Shown here: positions 12,805 through 27,755 of the stretch, piece by piece | Layout: every line of letters starts with the position of its first letter | Position numbering within the stretch: the stretch's first letter is position 1 | Assembly: GCF_009834535.1 (NCBI RefSeq) | Contig: NC_045696.1 | Coordinates: 8,186,001 to 8,250,000 of the forward strand | Length of the DNA: 64,000 bases | Reading direction: 5' to 3' | DNA from: Camelus ferus | Lineage: Eukaryota | Notes under the pieces: generated by a model | The model's database searches: none | Told to the model about the DNA's origin: nothing | Seen by the model: the letters and a program-made list of their open reading frames with translations, nothing else | Program-made: the position numbers and the translations under genes

Positions 12805-13310
12805 GTATATTAGCTTTCTATTGCTTTTGCTGCAGGAAATTATTGCCAATTTAGCAGCTTAATACAACACAGATTTATTATTCCACGGTTCTCTTGGTAG
12901 GAAATCTGGTGCAAGTCCTGACTGGGCTGAAATCAAGGCATCAGTCCGGCTGCATTCTTTTCTGGCGATCCTAGAGGAGAATGTCTTCCTTCTCCTTCTC
13001 CTCCATTTTCCACCTTCCGGGGGCTGCCTGCATTCCTTGGCTTTTTACATCTTCAAAGCCACCAGCATTCACCTCTGACCATTCTTCCATAGTCACATCT
13101 CCTTTGACTCCAGCCTGGAAAGTTCTCAGAGTTAAGGATTAGTCCGATGACACTGGGCCCACCTGGATAATCAGGGCTAATCTTCCCACCTCAAAACCCT
13201 CACCCTTAATGACATCTACAAATTCCCTTTTGTCACGTAAGGTAACACATCCCCAGGTTCTGGGCATTAGGAAGTGGGTCTCTTGGGGAGGAGGCATTAT
13301 TCTGCCTATT
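12805..13310 (-). mobile_element. MLT1 solo LTR
   Basis: GGGCCCACCTGGATAATCAGGG...AATGACATCTACAAATTCCCTTTTG. Confidence 0.7.
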
Positions 13311-15354
13311 ATATAAAAAATAAAATATTTTGTATAAAATACTGATTTAAACAGACTCTGGAAGGGCACATAAGAAACTGGTAACAGCACTTGCTTCTGG
13401 GGACAACTGGGTAGCCGGGGGATGGGGAGGCCGACTTCTCACTGCATATATCCCTCTGTTCATTTTGATTTTTAATCAGTGTGCGTGTGTTTATCTAAAA
13501 TAAGTAAAGAAAAATTTAAAGCTTTTAGGCTGTGTGGTGGTTGATCCGTGTTGTATTGTTTGTCTTATGTATCTTAAACACCATGTAATTAAAAACCAAC
13601 AAATGCTTTCAACTACCAAGATGGTCACCAGATGGCGCCCTTTCACTCTTTCTGGTGCACCCTGGTGGCAGGGTTTTCACCTTAACTAGGTTCACTTATC
13701 TTGAACCCAGTAAGGGTGAATGGATGGTAGGCTTCAGCACACAGACCAGGTGCGTTGCGTTTCACTAATTTCTTTACAATCCTATTACATCTGAAGCCTG
13801 TTTCCTCCTTTGTAAAATAGGGGTCATAATAGCACCAGCTCATGGAAGTGTTATGAAAATTATACAAAACCTGCATAAACATGTCTAAAAAGGCACACCT
13901 GCATAGTTTTGGATAAATGTTAGCTACTGATATGAACATCCACCTCCCTGGCTGGGGAGTTTCCTCGCTAATTCTCCCAGCTGTGTCCCAGTTTACCAGT
14001 CTTTGGCTGCTGCAAACATTTGTTTCAGGTAAGAAAGAACCGTACCTTGTATATTTAGCTTTACAGGAAATACTTCGTTGTAGATCTACACCCTGATTTC
14101 CCAACTCCACAAAACCAAGCTGCGTAACAAATAAAGTTAAGGCATACTAGAAAATCAGAAATCCATCAGAAAGTAGTTTTTAAAAAGCGAAAAAGCGCAG
14201 GTATCAGGACCTGAAATTGAAGGCAGAAGGAAAGGTACAGCACATAGTAGGGGCTCAGAAAATGCCACCCCACTCTGTCCTCTGGGACTTTTGTCAGCCT
14301 GGGGACTTGGTTGTCACTGATCCTTATTCAAGGACATTCTGTCAGCTCTTTGATCATTCAGCTTACTTGGTATAGATTCCGGCCAAATATATAATTTCCT
14401 TCCTGGAAAGCTTTCATCATTTCTTCTTTCTCAGTACATCACCGCTCACTCTCTGTATACTCATAGTAAAATGTCTGTTGGGCAACTCAGTGGAGTTGTG
14501 TGTGTTTTAATGTGGAAAAGATAACGCATGCTAAAACATAACCACAATACCATTATCTTACCTTAAGGAAATTAACAGTTCTTAACCAAATATCTAGCCA
14601 ATGTTTAAATGTCCACAATGGTCTCACTTAAAAATATTTAATTTGCCATAAGATCCAAATAAGGTGCATACATCACAATTGCCTAAATCTCCTAAGCTAT
14701 GTTTCCAGCTGCAGTTTTTGTTTTTGTAGCAGTTTATTTTTTGAAGACAGCAGGTGGTGGGTCCTGAGAGGCAAGCTTAAAATGTTGAGATGCAAGCAAT
14801 CCGAGATGTTTAACACTTGACCCAAATATATGTATGATGCTTGTCTAAGATATTTTTAAAATCGGAAAAAAGAGATGTTTTTATAATCATGATAGACGGT
14901 TGCTAGTTTAAGCCACTAAGTATGGGGGTGCTTTGTTACCCAGCATTAGCTGAGTTGTCAAGTGACTTCTCCCTTTCTGGCCTCTGTAGTTAAGAGGAAG
15001 GCACGCAGAAACCGGCTGGAAGAAGTTCCAAGCGCTAGTCACCAGGTCCACCATAGTCCTTCCCCTCCCCACTTCTTCTTTTTTTTTTTTTTTTTTTTTA
15101 CTGATTTGTGAAAGCTTTTTATATTATTAAGGATACTGACTTGTATTCCTGAGGCTGTAAAGGCTTTCCCCAGTGTTTTGTTGTGTCTTTTTTTTTGTTT
15201 CGGCAGCTTCCTTGGTACACAGAAATCCCCAACAGGTGTGTGCACCAAATCAGTCTTTTGCTTTGTGGTTTCTAGTCCAATTTCCATTTTTTGTGGTCCT
15301 GCTATGCAAACGTTTTCTTGTCATCTGCCAACAGGCTTTCCAACACTGCCTAGA

Positions 15355-15865
15355 TCTTTTAAATTAATTAACTCAGGTAGAGTTGATTTACAGTGTTGTG
15401 TTAGTTTCAGGTGCACAGTGAAGTGACTCAGTTACACATATGTATTCTTTTTCAGATTCTTTTCCATTATAAATTATTACAAGATATTGAATATAGTTCC
15501 TTGTGCTATACAGTAGGTCCTTGCTGTTTATTTTACATATAGTAGTGTGTATATGGTAATCCCAAATTCCTAATTTATCCTCCCCCTCTCCAGCTTTCCC
15601 CTTTGGTAATCATCAGTTTGTTTTCTATGTCTGTGGTCCATTTCCGTTTTGTAAATAAGCTAATTTGTATCAATTTTTTTTAGATTCCACATATGAGTGA
15701 TATCATATGAAATTTGTCTTTGTCTGACTTCACTTTCTATGATCATCTCTAGGTCCATCCATGTTGCTGCAAGTGGCATTGTTTCATTCTTTTTTATGGC
15801 TGAGTAATATTCGTGTGTGTGTGTGTGTGTGTGTGTACACACACCACATCTTCTTTATCCATTCT
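15355..15865 (-). mobile_element. L1 3' end with (GT)n
   Basis: Antisense L1 tail; MPLAATWMDLEMII remnant. Confidence 0.8.
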
Positions 15866-16679
15866 CACCTAAATCTTTTAGGAACTCCATCTTCAAAGTA
15901 TCTTTCAAAAACTGAGGCTTTTGAATTCTTCAAAGCCAGCTAATTCCACAACAGGCAGACTTGAAGGAAATACTCTTGAATCAAGGCTCAAGGGAATTTC
16001 TAGTCGGTGGGCAGGAGGGGACAGTTGGACTCCACTCTGTCCCATCTTGCCTTCCTCATATCTGGAAGGCAAATGAAGGTCCTATTTTAAAACTTGTACT
16101 CTCTTATTTTTTCTTGACTTAAGACCCACCCAAGGACTAGTCTAATTGCTATTGGCTTGATTGTTTTTACCTTACTTGGATAAGCTTAATAAAAATATTC
16201 TCCTAGCAGAATTGGCTAATTAGTACAACGTTCTCCGGATAATGGTTAATATTTAGCAAAGTTATTATGGATATTTGAAAACAGAGTCAATTCCTTTTCT
16301 GGTTATGTAAGGAAACCCATTGCCCTGTCATCCTGGCTTCAGGAACTATTAACACATTGACAATCTTTTTTCATAAATACCTCTCTCTACCCCTTCCTCC
16401 ATTCCAGTGTTTTAAAGTCAAAGCCATCTTATTTTCTCCTAAATATCCAATATGTACCTCTGAAAGATTAGGACTCTCCTTAAAAATACAATGATCACAC
16501 CCAAAGTTAGTAATTAATCTGTATTGATTAAAAAGTCAGTGCTTAAATTTTCTTGATTGTCTCAGTCATTTTAGAGGTTTGTTCAAACTAGGATTAATCA
16601 TATTGTGTTTCATTAGTATGTTTTAAGTCTCTTTCACCAATGCTCTCCTGTCACTTAAAAAAAGGAGAGAGGGACAAAA

Positions 16680-17335
16680 AACTACAAATAGACTTACCAT
16701 ATGATCCAGCAGTCCCACTTCTGGGTATATATCTGGAGGAAACTCTAATGCAAAAACATACATGCACCCCAATGTTCATAGCAGCACTATATACAATAGC
16801 CAAGACATGGAAGCAACCAAAATGTCCGTCGACAGATGACTGGATAAAGAAGATGTGGTATATTTACACAATGGAATACAACTCTGCCATAAAAAATAAA
16901 ATAATGCCATTTGCAGCAGCATGGATGGACCTGGAGAATGTTATTCTAAGTGAAGTCAGCCAGAAAGAGAAAGAAAAATACCATGTGATATATCTTATAT
17001 GTGGAATCTAAAAAAAAAAAAGGCCACTATGAATTCATTTACAAAATAGAAACAGACTCGCAAACTTAGTAAATAATCTTATGGTTACTGGGGAAAGCAG
17101 GTGGGAAGGGATAAATTTGGGAGTTTGAGATTTACAAATGTTAGCCACTATATATAAAAATAGATTTTAAAAAAAGTTTCTTCTGTATAGCCCAGGGAAT
17201 GTATTGTATAACATCTAATGGAAAAAATATGTAAACGAATATATGTATGTAGATGCATGGCTGGGATATTGTGCTGTACACCAGAGACTGACACATTGTA
17301 ACTCACTATACTTTAGTTAAACTTTTTTTTTAAAT
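16680..17335 (+). mobile_element. 5'-truncated L1
   Basis: ORF 16640-17011 is the L1 ORF2 C-terminus (DLPYDPAVPLLGIY...AAWMDLENVILSEVSQ). Confidence 0.9.
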
Positions 17336-18519
17336 TAAAAGAGAGAGAGAGAAGCATGTCATTTGTCCTGTAGAATTTCCCGCAGTCTGGAGTTTGCTTG
17401 TTGCTGCCTCTGTATTCTTTGGCTTCCTTTATTTCCTATAAACTAATAGTTCTGTATCAATAGGCAAGATCCAATCCAGGTTAAATTACTTAGTATGGCT
17501 ATTTCAAATATATGTGTACTTCCATCAGGGGGGTCATGAGATCTGGTTTTCTCTTTTTATGATTTATGGTTGGGACATCTTAAATTCTAATATGCTCTCT
17601 GAATCTTAAGTAGATAATTAACCAGACAGCCCGTGATTTCAGCCTCCTTTAGGTGAAGTGCACACACTAACTCACGTGGGCACACCTGCAGTCACACACC
17701 ACGGCCCTCTTATCCCTGCAGAAGTAACGACAGGGCACCCTGACAGGAGCGCCCAAGGGAAGGGATGGGCAGGATGAAGCTCCAGGCGATAGAAAAAGAG
17801 AACAGACTCAGATGCGAGCATGTGGACTGAGGAACAAAATAATAAAGATACATGGAACTGGAATGAAAGGAATGCCATCTTTAGATATTTAATCCAACTT
17901 TATTGAAGTAAACTTCTGCTAAATTGTGCTTCAACCCAGCCCAGCAATACATACTAATTTTATCAGTTGATTCATGCAGATTCGGTTTTCATTAAATGTA
18001 TGTATGTGTTCTCTCTTCCTCCAACTTCTTACAGTCCATAATTTACAAAAGTTAACGGACAACCCTTGCATAGTTTAAAGAATTACTTTCCTACAGAATG
18101 GGAAACAGTTTCCTAAAACAACAGAAAATAAGATTTTAGGCATAAAAACAGATGATCTTTATACTGAAACTCAGAAAAGATCTTGCAGTCAGATGTAGTC
18201 AGCTGAGACCTAGTGGTTTATAATTTATCAGTGGTATGTCATAACGTAATAATGGCTAAATATTTAGCATTTTTCCATTCAGTCCTCAGTTCTATGAGAT
18301 AACTGTTACTGCCCCCATTTTATAGATGAGAAAATTGAAAAGTAGGAGTTAAATAACTCACCTATGGCCGCAGGTTTTTCATTGCTACAACATGCCAATT
18401 GCAGTATGTTTTAGATGAAACCTTTTAATCTTTCATAATAGTACTTTCTGACTTGATCACTCATTCTGTACAGTAACTGCTTTAAATGTTTTCAAAAACT
18501 AAACATTAAAAAATCAAAT

Positions 18520-18755
18520 TGGGGGAAGGGATAAATTAGGAGTTTGGGATTAACAGACACACACTACTATATATAAAATAGATAAACAACAAGGACCAAC
18601 CATACAGCACAGGAAACTATATTCAATTTCTTGTAATAACATATAACGGAAAAGAATCTGAGAAAAAAATTTATGTATATGTATAACTGAATTGTTTTGC
18701 TGTCCACCTGAAACTAACATTGTTAATCAACTACACTTCAATAAAAAATAAAATT
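18520..18755 (+). mobile_element. Short L1 3'UTR end
   Basis: GGGAAGGGATAAATTAGGAGTTTGGG...CAATAAAAAATAAAA. Confidence 0.75.
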
Positions 18756-19184
18756 TAAAAGATTAAGTTTATCCTTAAAAGATAGACTCCCCACATCTGG
18801 TGAAATTAAAAAGGTTGACATAGCCTAGAAAAAAACGTTGACCTGGGGACGCAGTCCTGTGGTAAGTGCATGGCTTGCCAAGGTGATTATTTGAAGAATA
18901 AAAGACTTAACTTGTATTGAAAAGTTCTGTTTACTGTTATTGTGACATCTTGCTAACTCTCTCCAACAATATTCTCTCCTTCCTTTCAAGAATAGAAACT
19001 CATTTATTTAAAGTTTTCATCACGGAGGTTTTTCAAATGTATATAAAACCAGAGACACAGGGGAACATGTGGTTCATCATACATCAGTTGCTTTTACCAG
19101 TTGTCAACTCTTGAGCAATTTTCCTTCTTCCATTTTCTGATCCATTTAACCTTACCTTTCATTGAATTAAAAAAACACACACAC

Positions 19185-20075
19185 AAAGTTTTACTGATAT
19201 ATAATTCACGTATCATATAACTTCACTCATTTAAAGTATACAACTCAGTGACTTTTAGTATATTCACAGATATTCACAGATATCAGCACAATCAACTTTG
19301 GAACATTTCTATCACCCACAAAAAAAACCCTGTACTCAGTAGCAGTCACTCCCCCTTTCCCCCTAACTCCACCAGCCCTAGGCAGCAACAGTCTATTTTC
19401 TGTCTCAATAAATTTGTTTATTTTGGACACAGCACAAATGAAACTATGCAATGTGCTCTTTTGTGACTTGTTTCTTTCACTCAGCACGGTATTTTCAAGG
19501 TCTGTTTGTGTTATAGCAAGTATCAGTCCCTGGTTTCTTTTTATTGTCAAGGAATGTTCCATTGTGTGGATATCACATTTTATTTATTCATTTAACACTT
19601 GGAGTTGATGCTGGCGTTATTTCTCCTTTTTGGCTGTTATGGATATGCCGCTGTGAACATTTATGCACAGGGTTTTGTGTGGATGCATGCTTTGATCTCT
19701 CTTGGGCGTACACCCAGGACTGGAGTTACTGGGTCCTCTGGTGATTCTATGCTTAACTTTATGCGGAGCTGCCCAACTGTCTCCCACAGAAGCTGTACCA
19801 TTTTACATTCCGACCAGCAACGTGTAGGGGCTCCAGATTCCCTGCACGATCATCACTTGTTATTTATTGTCTGTCTTTTCACCCTCACTATCCTAGTGGG
19901 TATGAAGTGGCATCTCATTGTGGTCTGGATCTGCATTTCCCTGTGGCTAATAACTCTGAGCATCTTTTCACGTGCTTATTGGCCATTTGTCCATCTCCTT
20001 TGGAGAAACATCTATACATCTATACCTTTGATCAACTTTTAATTGCATTGTCTGCCCTCATTATTGAGTTGTGAG
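19185..20075 (-). mobile_element. Old L1M 3' fragment
   Basis: Antisense L1MB-like 3'UTR and ORF2 end. Confidence 0.75.
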
Positions 20076-20974
20076 AGTCAATATGTGATGTTTTTTAAAT
20101 ATAAAATTTTTAAAATATGTATGTTAGTTGGGATACAAGCTCAGGCTGAGAGACCTCATGGAGAGAGAAACCCTACCACAGTTCCAGACACGGGGAGTGG
20201 GGCCTCCCAGATTCCCTGGCCCCAGCCAGGCTGGCCCAGACCCCAGTAGCCACCCAGATAATTAGAAGAATTATGAGCCATAACAAGTCATTACTCAGGG
20301 CATCTTCCTTCCATCTTGCTGCTGGTGGGAAAAATACAACAGGGGTGGTGACAACCTTGGACGTAGATGGTGGAAACCACATTTGGAGATGCAGAGTCAG
20401 CCCCAGCCTGGACCTGGGATGACCACAGGGCCCCAGGCTCCCGGCCTGTCCTACCTTTGTGCTAGCATGTGCAACAGATAGATGCCTGTGGTGTTTAAGC
20501 AGCTGCATTACAGCTCTTTGTTACATCAGCTTAGCCCGCACCCAAACGAGCTCAGACTTTGGCACCAGAAATGCATGCTCTGTAGAAATGCCGAAATAGC
20601 TGGTGTTAGCCGAGTGGGTGGGTAGACGATGTCTGTGGAGCCGATGACCATTGCTGCGCTGTGGCAAAACATTCAATACACTGTGCCCTCTGATGACTTA
20701 GAAAGCAGATCATGGATCACCAACCTCAGAATATTGGTGGATGGGGGCTGCTGTTAGCAAAATCCTCTAAGACATGAGCCCAGGCAGTAACTGGCAAGTT
20801 TACATGCAGAAAGGGAATGGAGCTTGGATCAGGGAGGGCTCTGCCTGTAGCTTCCAACATAAATCGAGTGGGAGTCCTGAAATTTGGAGGCTCCCCTCTG
20901 ACTGTCACATGATAGAGAAAAAAGATTAAAGAGAAATCCATCATATTAGGGATATTTTCCCATCCAAGCCTCTT

Positions 20975-21073
20975 TTTTTTTTTCTTCAAACTTTTAAAAT
21001 GGAGGTACTGGGGATTGAACCTAGGACCTCATGCATGCAAAAAACGCATTCTACCCCTGAGCTATACCCTCCC
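20975..21073 (-). mobile_element. Vic-1-type SINE
   Basis: ATGGAGGTACTGGGGATTGAACCTAGGACCTC...CTGAGCTATACCCTCCC. Confidence 0.85.
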
Positions 21074-22635
21074 GGCAAGCTTCTTACTTTTTAGAATGCC
21101 CACCAAGATAATGCCATTCACGGAAGAGGGTGAGGGGCTAAATATGGAAACCAATATATTGAAAGAGATTGCATGGGTCTAAGAATTCCAACCAGAAGAT
21201 ATCTTTGGGATAGTCACTGCCACATGGAATTAATCAGAAGTAAAAGAAGCCATATCCCATAGAACAATGCCCAGTTCACATTTTTTTTTGTATAAGTCCT
21301 TCTTGGTTTTTAATATCCAAACAGCATAGAAAATGATGCTCTTCATTTCTAGATAAGCCAATGTTTATCAGGATAAAGGATATTTATTTTCATAAATCAA
21401 TAAACACTTGCTGTACATGGTCCCTTAGAGTCTCCGGTGACAGTCACATGCCCTTGGCAGAGCATCAGAACCCTGTGCAGGTGTTCTGGGGAGCTCGCCA
21501 AGGGTCACCTGAAGAATGCATTCTGGATGTAGCTGGTGCCAAAGGAGGCGTCACGGTGTCTTCCTTGGTGTGAACCTCTCTCTGCAACCGAGTGCTCGTC
21601 CTCACAGGGTCTCTGCGGTACTTTCCGTATTTAGCCCTTGTTTTTCGCCTTGAGCTGTGCAGTTAGTCCTGGAAAAGCTAAGAACAGCCTAGAATGGAGG
21701 ATAAGGAAGTAAAACAGGTGAGAAAAGCCATTACAATGGAAAAGAATGCATTTAAGAGCCGTGCAGTTAGGCTGTGTTAAGTGTTTTTCATTGTAACACG
21801 ATAGCTTATTATCGATGGACAAGCTTTTTGCTGTGTTTAGCTGGTATTTTGGGAAGCTGGTGGCGGTTAGGGTCAGGTGTGTGTGATGCATTACTTCCCC
21901 AGCCAGAACCACGAGAGGGCCTCTAGCTCTGCCTATGTGGTTTTCAGGAGCAGGTGTAGACTCTAGGTGGGGGACCCCGTATTCTGGAAGCCACTGAGGT
22001 TTTGAAGGAACAGTATTCTGAGGAAACCCAGAAGCCCCGCTTGCAAAAGGCTTTGGTGGTCTGTTGCTGCAGTACCTCCAAGGGAGTGTCCTCCCCCACG
22101 GTCACTTCTGATGTGGCCGAGGCGGGGGATGGAAAAGCAAGAACATCTCTGAGTACGGAACTGGGCTGAATCATTGTCAGGGCTGGAATCCTCACGGTTT
22201 CTGCCCCAGATTTTTTTCTATTGCTATGGCCCTGTGTCTTGGCCTCTGTGAGTTTCCCTTTCTTCCCGCTTCCCACTGGGCATCTTGATCACGGCTTCCC
22301 TGTTTGTATTTCATGATTGCATAATCGGTGAGTGTCGAGTGGGAGATGTAACTTGTTAACTCACTTCCAGGTCCTGAGTGATGGGGAGCTATTTCCTGCT
22401 GCTGGATCCAGCAACTGGCTGGGACCCTTGTTGGTTGGAGAGGTGAGTATTATTTCTTTCAGTCATAGAACGTTTTTTTAAAAACCAACTAGGTTTCAGA
22501 TAGGCATGTGGGTGCCCAGCTCAAGACCACATTCTGCAGCCTAAGTTAGGTGTGGCTGTGCCACAGTTCATTCTGTGTCTGTCTTCGCATGGCTTTCCCC
22601 TCTGTGTGTCTGTGAAGACTCCCTCTGCCTCTTTT

Positions 22636-24460
22636 GTTAAGTATAGTCGATACAGCATTACATTAGTTTTAGGTGGACAGCATTGTGACTCAGTATTTTT
22701 GCAGATTATATTCCAAGATCATGGGTATAATTCACTGTGCTGTACAGTATATCCTTGTTGCTTATCCATTTTATATACAATATATATACAATGGAATATT
22801 ACTCCCTCCCTCTCTCTCTCTATATATATATACACACACATGTACCACATCTTCATCCATTCGTCTGGTGATGGGCACCTGGGTTGCTGCCGTGTCTTGT
22901 CTGTTATAGATGTTACTGCTGTGAACATTGGGGAGCATATCTTCTCGTGAATTAGGGTTTTCATTTTTTTCAGATATATACCCAGCAGTGAAATTGGTGG
23001 ATCATATGGTGGTTCTATTTTCAGTTTTTTAAGGAACCTCCACACTGTTTTCCATAGTAGCCGTATCAATTTACATTCCCAACAATTTACATTCCCACTT
23101 TTCTCCACAGCCTCTACAACATTTATTATTTGTAGACTTATTGATGATGGCCATTTTGACAGGTTTGAAGTGATACCTCACTGTGGTTTTGATTTGCCTT
23201 TCCCTAATAATTAGCAATATTGAGCTTTTCATGTGCCTTAGCCATCTGCATGTCTTCTTCAGAAAAATATCTATTCAAATCTTCTGCCCATTTTTTGGTT
23301 GGATTGTTTGTTCTTTTGATATTGAGTTGTATGAGCTGTTTATATAGTTTGGATATTAACCCCTTGTTGGCTGGGTTGTTAGCGAGTATTTTCTCCAATT
23401 CCATAGGTCATCTTTTCATTTTCTCAGTGGTTTCCTTTGCTGTGCAAAAGCTTTTAAGTTTAATTCGGCCCCATTTGTTTACTTTTGCTTTTATTTCTTT
23501 TGCCTTAGGAGACTGATCCAAGAAAATATTGCTACAGTTTATGTCAAAAAGTGTTTCACTTATGTTCTCTTCCAGGAATTTTATGGTTTCAAGCCTTACA
23601 TTTAGGTCTTTAAACCAGTTTGAGTTTATTTTTGTATGTAGCGTAAGGGAATGTTCTAATCTCATTGTTTCGTATGTAGTTGTTAAGTTTTCCCAGCACC
23701 ACTTATTGAAGAGATTGTCTTTTCTCCATTGTATATTCTTGCCTCCTTTGTCGTAGACAAACTGACTATAGGTATGTCAGTTTATTTCTGGGCTCTCTAT
23801 TCTGTTCCATTGATCTATGTGACTCTGTTTTTGTGCCATTGCCATGCTGTTTTGAGCACTGTATCTTTGTAGTATAGGCTGAAGTCTGGGAGGATTATGC
23901 TTCTAGCTTTGTTCTTTTTTCTCAGGATTGCTTTGGCAATTCAGGGTCTTTGGTGAGGCCATATAAAGTTTAGGATTATTTGTTCTAGTTCTCTGAAAAA
24001 TGTCATGGGTATTTTAATAGGGATTGCATGAAATCTGTAGATTGCTTTGGGTAGTATGGCCATTTTAATAATATTAATTTTTCTAATCCAAGAGCATGGG
24101 GTATGTTTCTATTTCTTTGAATTATCTTCAGTTTTTTTTAAATCAGTGTTTCATAGTTCTCAGAGTATAGGTCTTTTACCTCCTTGGTTAAGTTTATTCC
24201 TAGGTAATTTTTTTGCATGCAATTTTAAGCAGGATTATTTTTTTACTTTCTTTTTCTAATATTTCATTATTAGCATATAGAAATGCACAGATTTCTGTAT
24301 ATTAACCTTGCATCCCGTAACCTTGCTGGATTCATTTATTAGCTCTAATAGACTTTGGGTGGGGACTTTAAGATTCTCTACATAGAGCATCACGTCATCT
24401 GCAAATAGTGACAGTTTTACTTCTTCCCTTCTAATTTGGATACCTTTTACTTCTTTTTCT
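22636..24460 (-). mobile_element. 1.8-kb 5'-truncated L1 inserted into an MLT1 LTR (about 22550-22635 and 24461-24670)
   Basis: Several ORF2 fragments (WFKDLNVRLETIKFLEEN...); 14-bp TSD CCTCTGCCTCTTTT at 22622 and 24461. Confidence 0.9.
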
Positions 24461-26704
24461 CCTCTGCCTCTTTTTCATAAGGACATCTCTGGAGGCATTT
24501 GGAGCCCACTTGGATGATGTGGGATAAGCTCCTTCTCTAGAGATCCTTAGCTTAATGACATCTTTTGTCCTGTAAGTAATTGTCACTCTTTTGCCACATA
24601 AGGCAATACAGATGCTGGGAATTAGGAAGCGAATATACCTTTGGAGGGTCATTTTTAAGCCTGTCATAGAGATTTGTTAAATAAAACAAATAGAATAGCT
24701 CTTACACATGTCCTGTGTGTCTAGCATTAGAAGACAGAGCCAGTAGCTTAGCTCCAGGAATTTGGGATTGGTTTTATACTTTGTCTTCAAGAATCCCCTG
24801 GACCATCACAAACCAGCTTCCTTCTGTTGCCAACTCTGGTGGTTGGCTGGGCCCCAAGATCCTCCTGAGGGCAGCAGGCAGAGAGCCACAGCTCTGTGAG
24901 GAACGGCCAGTCACCCACTGGCTCTTCCGCATCCCAGAACAGAAGGGCCTTTCTCTGAACACTGCAGAGGTTGTGAATGAGGAAGAGCCAGAAGAGAGGG
25001 AAACTTCTAGTCTCTTCTTCTTCCCCTTCCATCGAATAAGCCCTTCCTTGTTGGGAGAATAGGCTTCTCCCGCTGGGCCAGCCTTTCCCTCTGTGCGTGG
25101 GCAGCCAGCTGAGGTCTGGTGCCAGCCGGGAAGCTGTCTAGAATGTTTTGCAGCCTTGGGAGCTGCCTGCCAGTGAGGCCTTCCCACACCATGGCACTGG
25201 GAGGCCTGGGTCTGCGGAGGTGCTGGGAATTGTATCAAAAGACCGACACGTACCACCACGTCTTCCTTCACAGGCAGACCACGGTGGCCTCTCAGTACAG
25301 CAAGTGAAGTCTCCTGGGGACAACTCCAGATGCTCTTCTGTGATGAGAGAGAAGAATGGGGTTCCCCTGGGTACAGGCTGCACCACTAGGGGCCTGGCCA
25401 AGGCCCTAGCAACTTACCAAAGGATGAAATGAGAAGGCTAGACATCTTGATTCACACTCGCCCAAAAGACAGAAAAAAAAAAAAAAGCTTGATTCTTTAC
25501 TCTCATGTGGCTTTTTGGCATCTGGCCATGAAGCTGAGAACAGAGGTTTATTTGTGCCGTGCATTTTGAGTTTCCATGAGTTGATGATGAGAGCTCCTTC
25601 AGGACAGCTGAAGTTCATGTTTATTCTCTTCCCTAATTCTCAGCCAGAGTAGGGAAAATAGTTTTCCCTGGAGAGAAATAGAATTCCAACAATGACAGAG
25701 TCAGTCCTTTCTCTGAGACTGACCCCAGTCATTTCATCTGCTGAAAACTTCTGAGTAGAGCTTTTAGAAAGGGTAATGGAGGAGATTTTAGCAATCGAGG
25801 AAGAAGTTCTGCACATGGCCAGAAGTCTCAGCCAATCGTGGGTCAAATCTGAGGCAAATCTAAGACCCTAAGACTCAATAAAGGAAAACAATCTTCAAGC
25901 GCCTACAAATAAAAATAAGCTAATGAGCATGACCAAGCTCTAGGTCTGTCGAAACAGACATGACAGTGAAATCTGCATCAAGAGACGCTTCAGTGTCCTG
26001 GGGCCAGCTCTGACACGGACTCGGGGTGTCACTGTGATCAGAGACATGCAAGTCCCTGCAGGGACTCAGTTTATCTACTTGACTTTTTGAGCTGATTAAT
26101 GGGGAGGGTGTGCTGGCTTCACAACACCCTGGAGGCACAACATGGTTGGAGATGCCTTAGAGAAGGGTTCTGGTGGTGCTGCAGGCTGATTATGGGAGCA
26201 GAGCCCCAGTGGGTGGCAAAATCCTGGGGCAATGAGAACACGGAGTCCCAGCCAGCAGCACAAAGATCTGGAAGAATGTGGCTTGGGAGGAATCCAAGAA
26301 GGGCTGAAAGAGACTGATTCTGAAAAAGCCACCATGCCTGGGATGGTGATAGCCTCGTGGTCATGTGGGCAGATAATGTCACAGCTGTCGGCAGAGGCCC
26401 TGGACTGCTGGTTGCAGGGTTGGAGACCCTGACTGTGCAGGGGAGGAAGCGGGCAGCCCGAGGCATACTTCACAGAGGCCAGCACAGCTGGGGCCTGGAC
26501 TTCATTTCCAGGTTTTACCCCTGGAATCTCCTTAGCACTGAAGACCCTGATCTCCATCTAGTGCTGAAAACATGAACCTTGTTAGCGTGGAGACCTGGGC
26601 AGAAAACCCCCTTGGTGCCTCTGGTCTGTGGGGAAGTAGCTGCTGGAGATGGACCCTGTGAATGTCAGAATGGTCATTTTTGTGCTCAGGTCAGCCTGTG
26701 CTTT

Positions 26705-27040
26705 TTTTTTGGAGAATTATGTTTTATTTGGTGGATTTTCTGAGGACTTCAACCCCGGGAGGCAGTCTCTCAGATCGTTCTAAGGGGCTGCTCTGAAGAT
26801 ATAAGGGAGAAGCCAGGATATATAGGAATTTTTGCAACAGAGATCAGGTAGTCAGAACATCAAAGGGTTACTGTTAAAGAAAACCAAATATCTCAAGTTA
26901 AGGAGTCTAGCATTTTTCTATGTGTGGGAAGATGCAGGAGCCTGGGCTCATTGAAATCATTCCTCTGAATGTGCACCTTAGCCATCTGGGGGCCAGTGTC
27001 CTGTGCTTTCCCATCCTGAGTCTCCAGCCTGTGCATCTTG
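26705..27040 (-). mobile_element. ERV1 LTR fragment, same family as 52249-52715
   Basis: Direct similarity to 52280-52620 (…CCAGGATATATAGGA…TATGTGTGGGAAGATGCAGGAG…). Confidence 0.7.
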
Positions 27041-27502
27041 ATGGAGCCAGGGAGGTGGTCTCAAGCAGCAGCGATCCCTGGATCTGTGGTGAGATGCCAC
27101 CTGCTGGGAAATCAAAGATATCTTGCGCCAGCTGAAGCTGGCTGCTGCGGAGCTCTGTCCACTGGTCATCTGGAGGAGGAGCTTCTCGTCAGGGATGATG
27201 CCTTGAGAGGCCAAGACCTCCCAAAAGCTGGTCTTGACAGTGCTGACCTAAAGTGACCCTTGGAGTTCAAATCAACTACCTGAATTCTGCTGTGGGATTA
27301 CCTGCACTGAAGCAGATGTTCCTGCTTCAGAGAATGAGGTCGCTCTGACCCAACTGCAATGCTGTCACTATGATGTTTCTTGGACCCAAATGGCAACAGG
27401 CTAGGTCAGGAGTCCTTTGGAGCCTAGAACATTTTTCTGAAACTTCAGTTCCTATTGGTCAAAAATTCTGAGAGTCCTGTGATTTTCCTTGTCAGTTTTC
27501 TA

Positions 27503-27712
<210 letters not shown>

Positions 27713-27755
27713 TTAATGCACAGATTCCAAGAATTCAAGAATTCTCGCAGCTTTC

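Noticed and set aside
21080..22500. Possible processed pseudogene or extra exons
   Set aside because: No ORF or motif I can recognise; adjoins MLT1-like sequence. Left unassigned.
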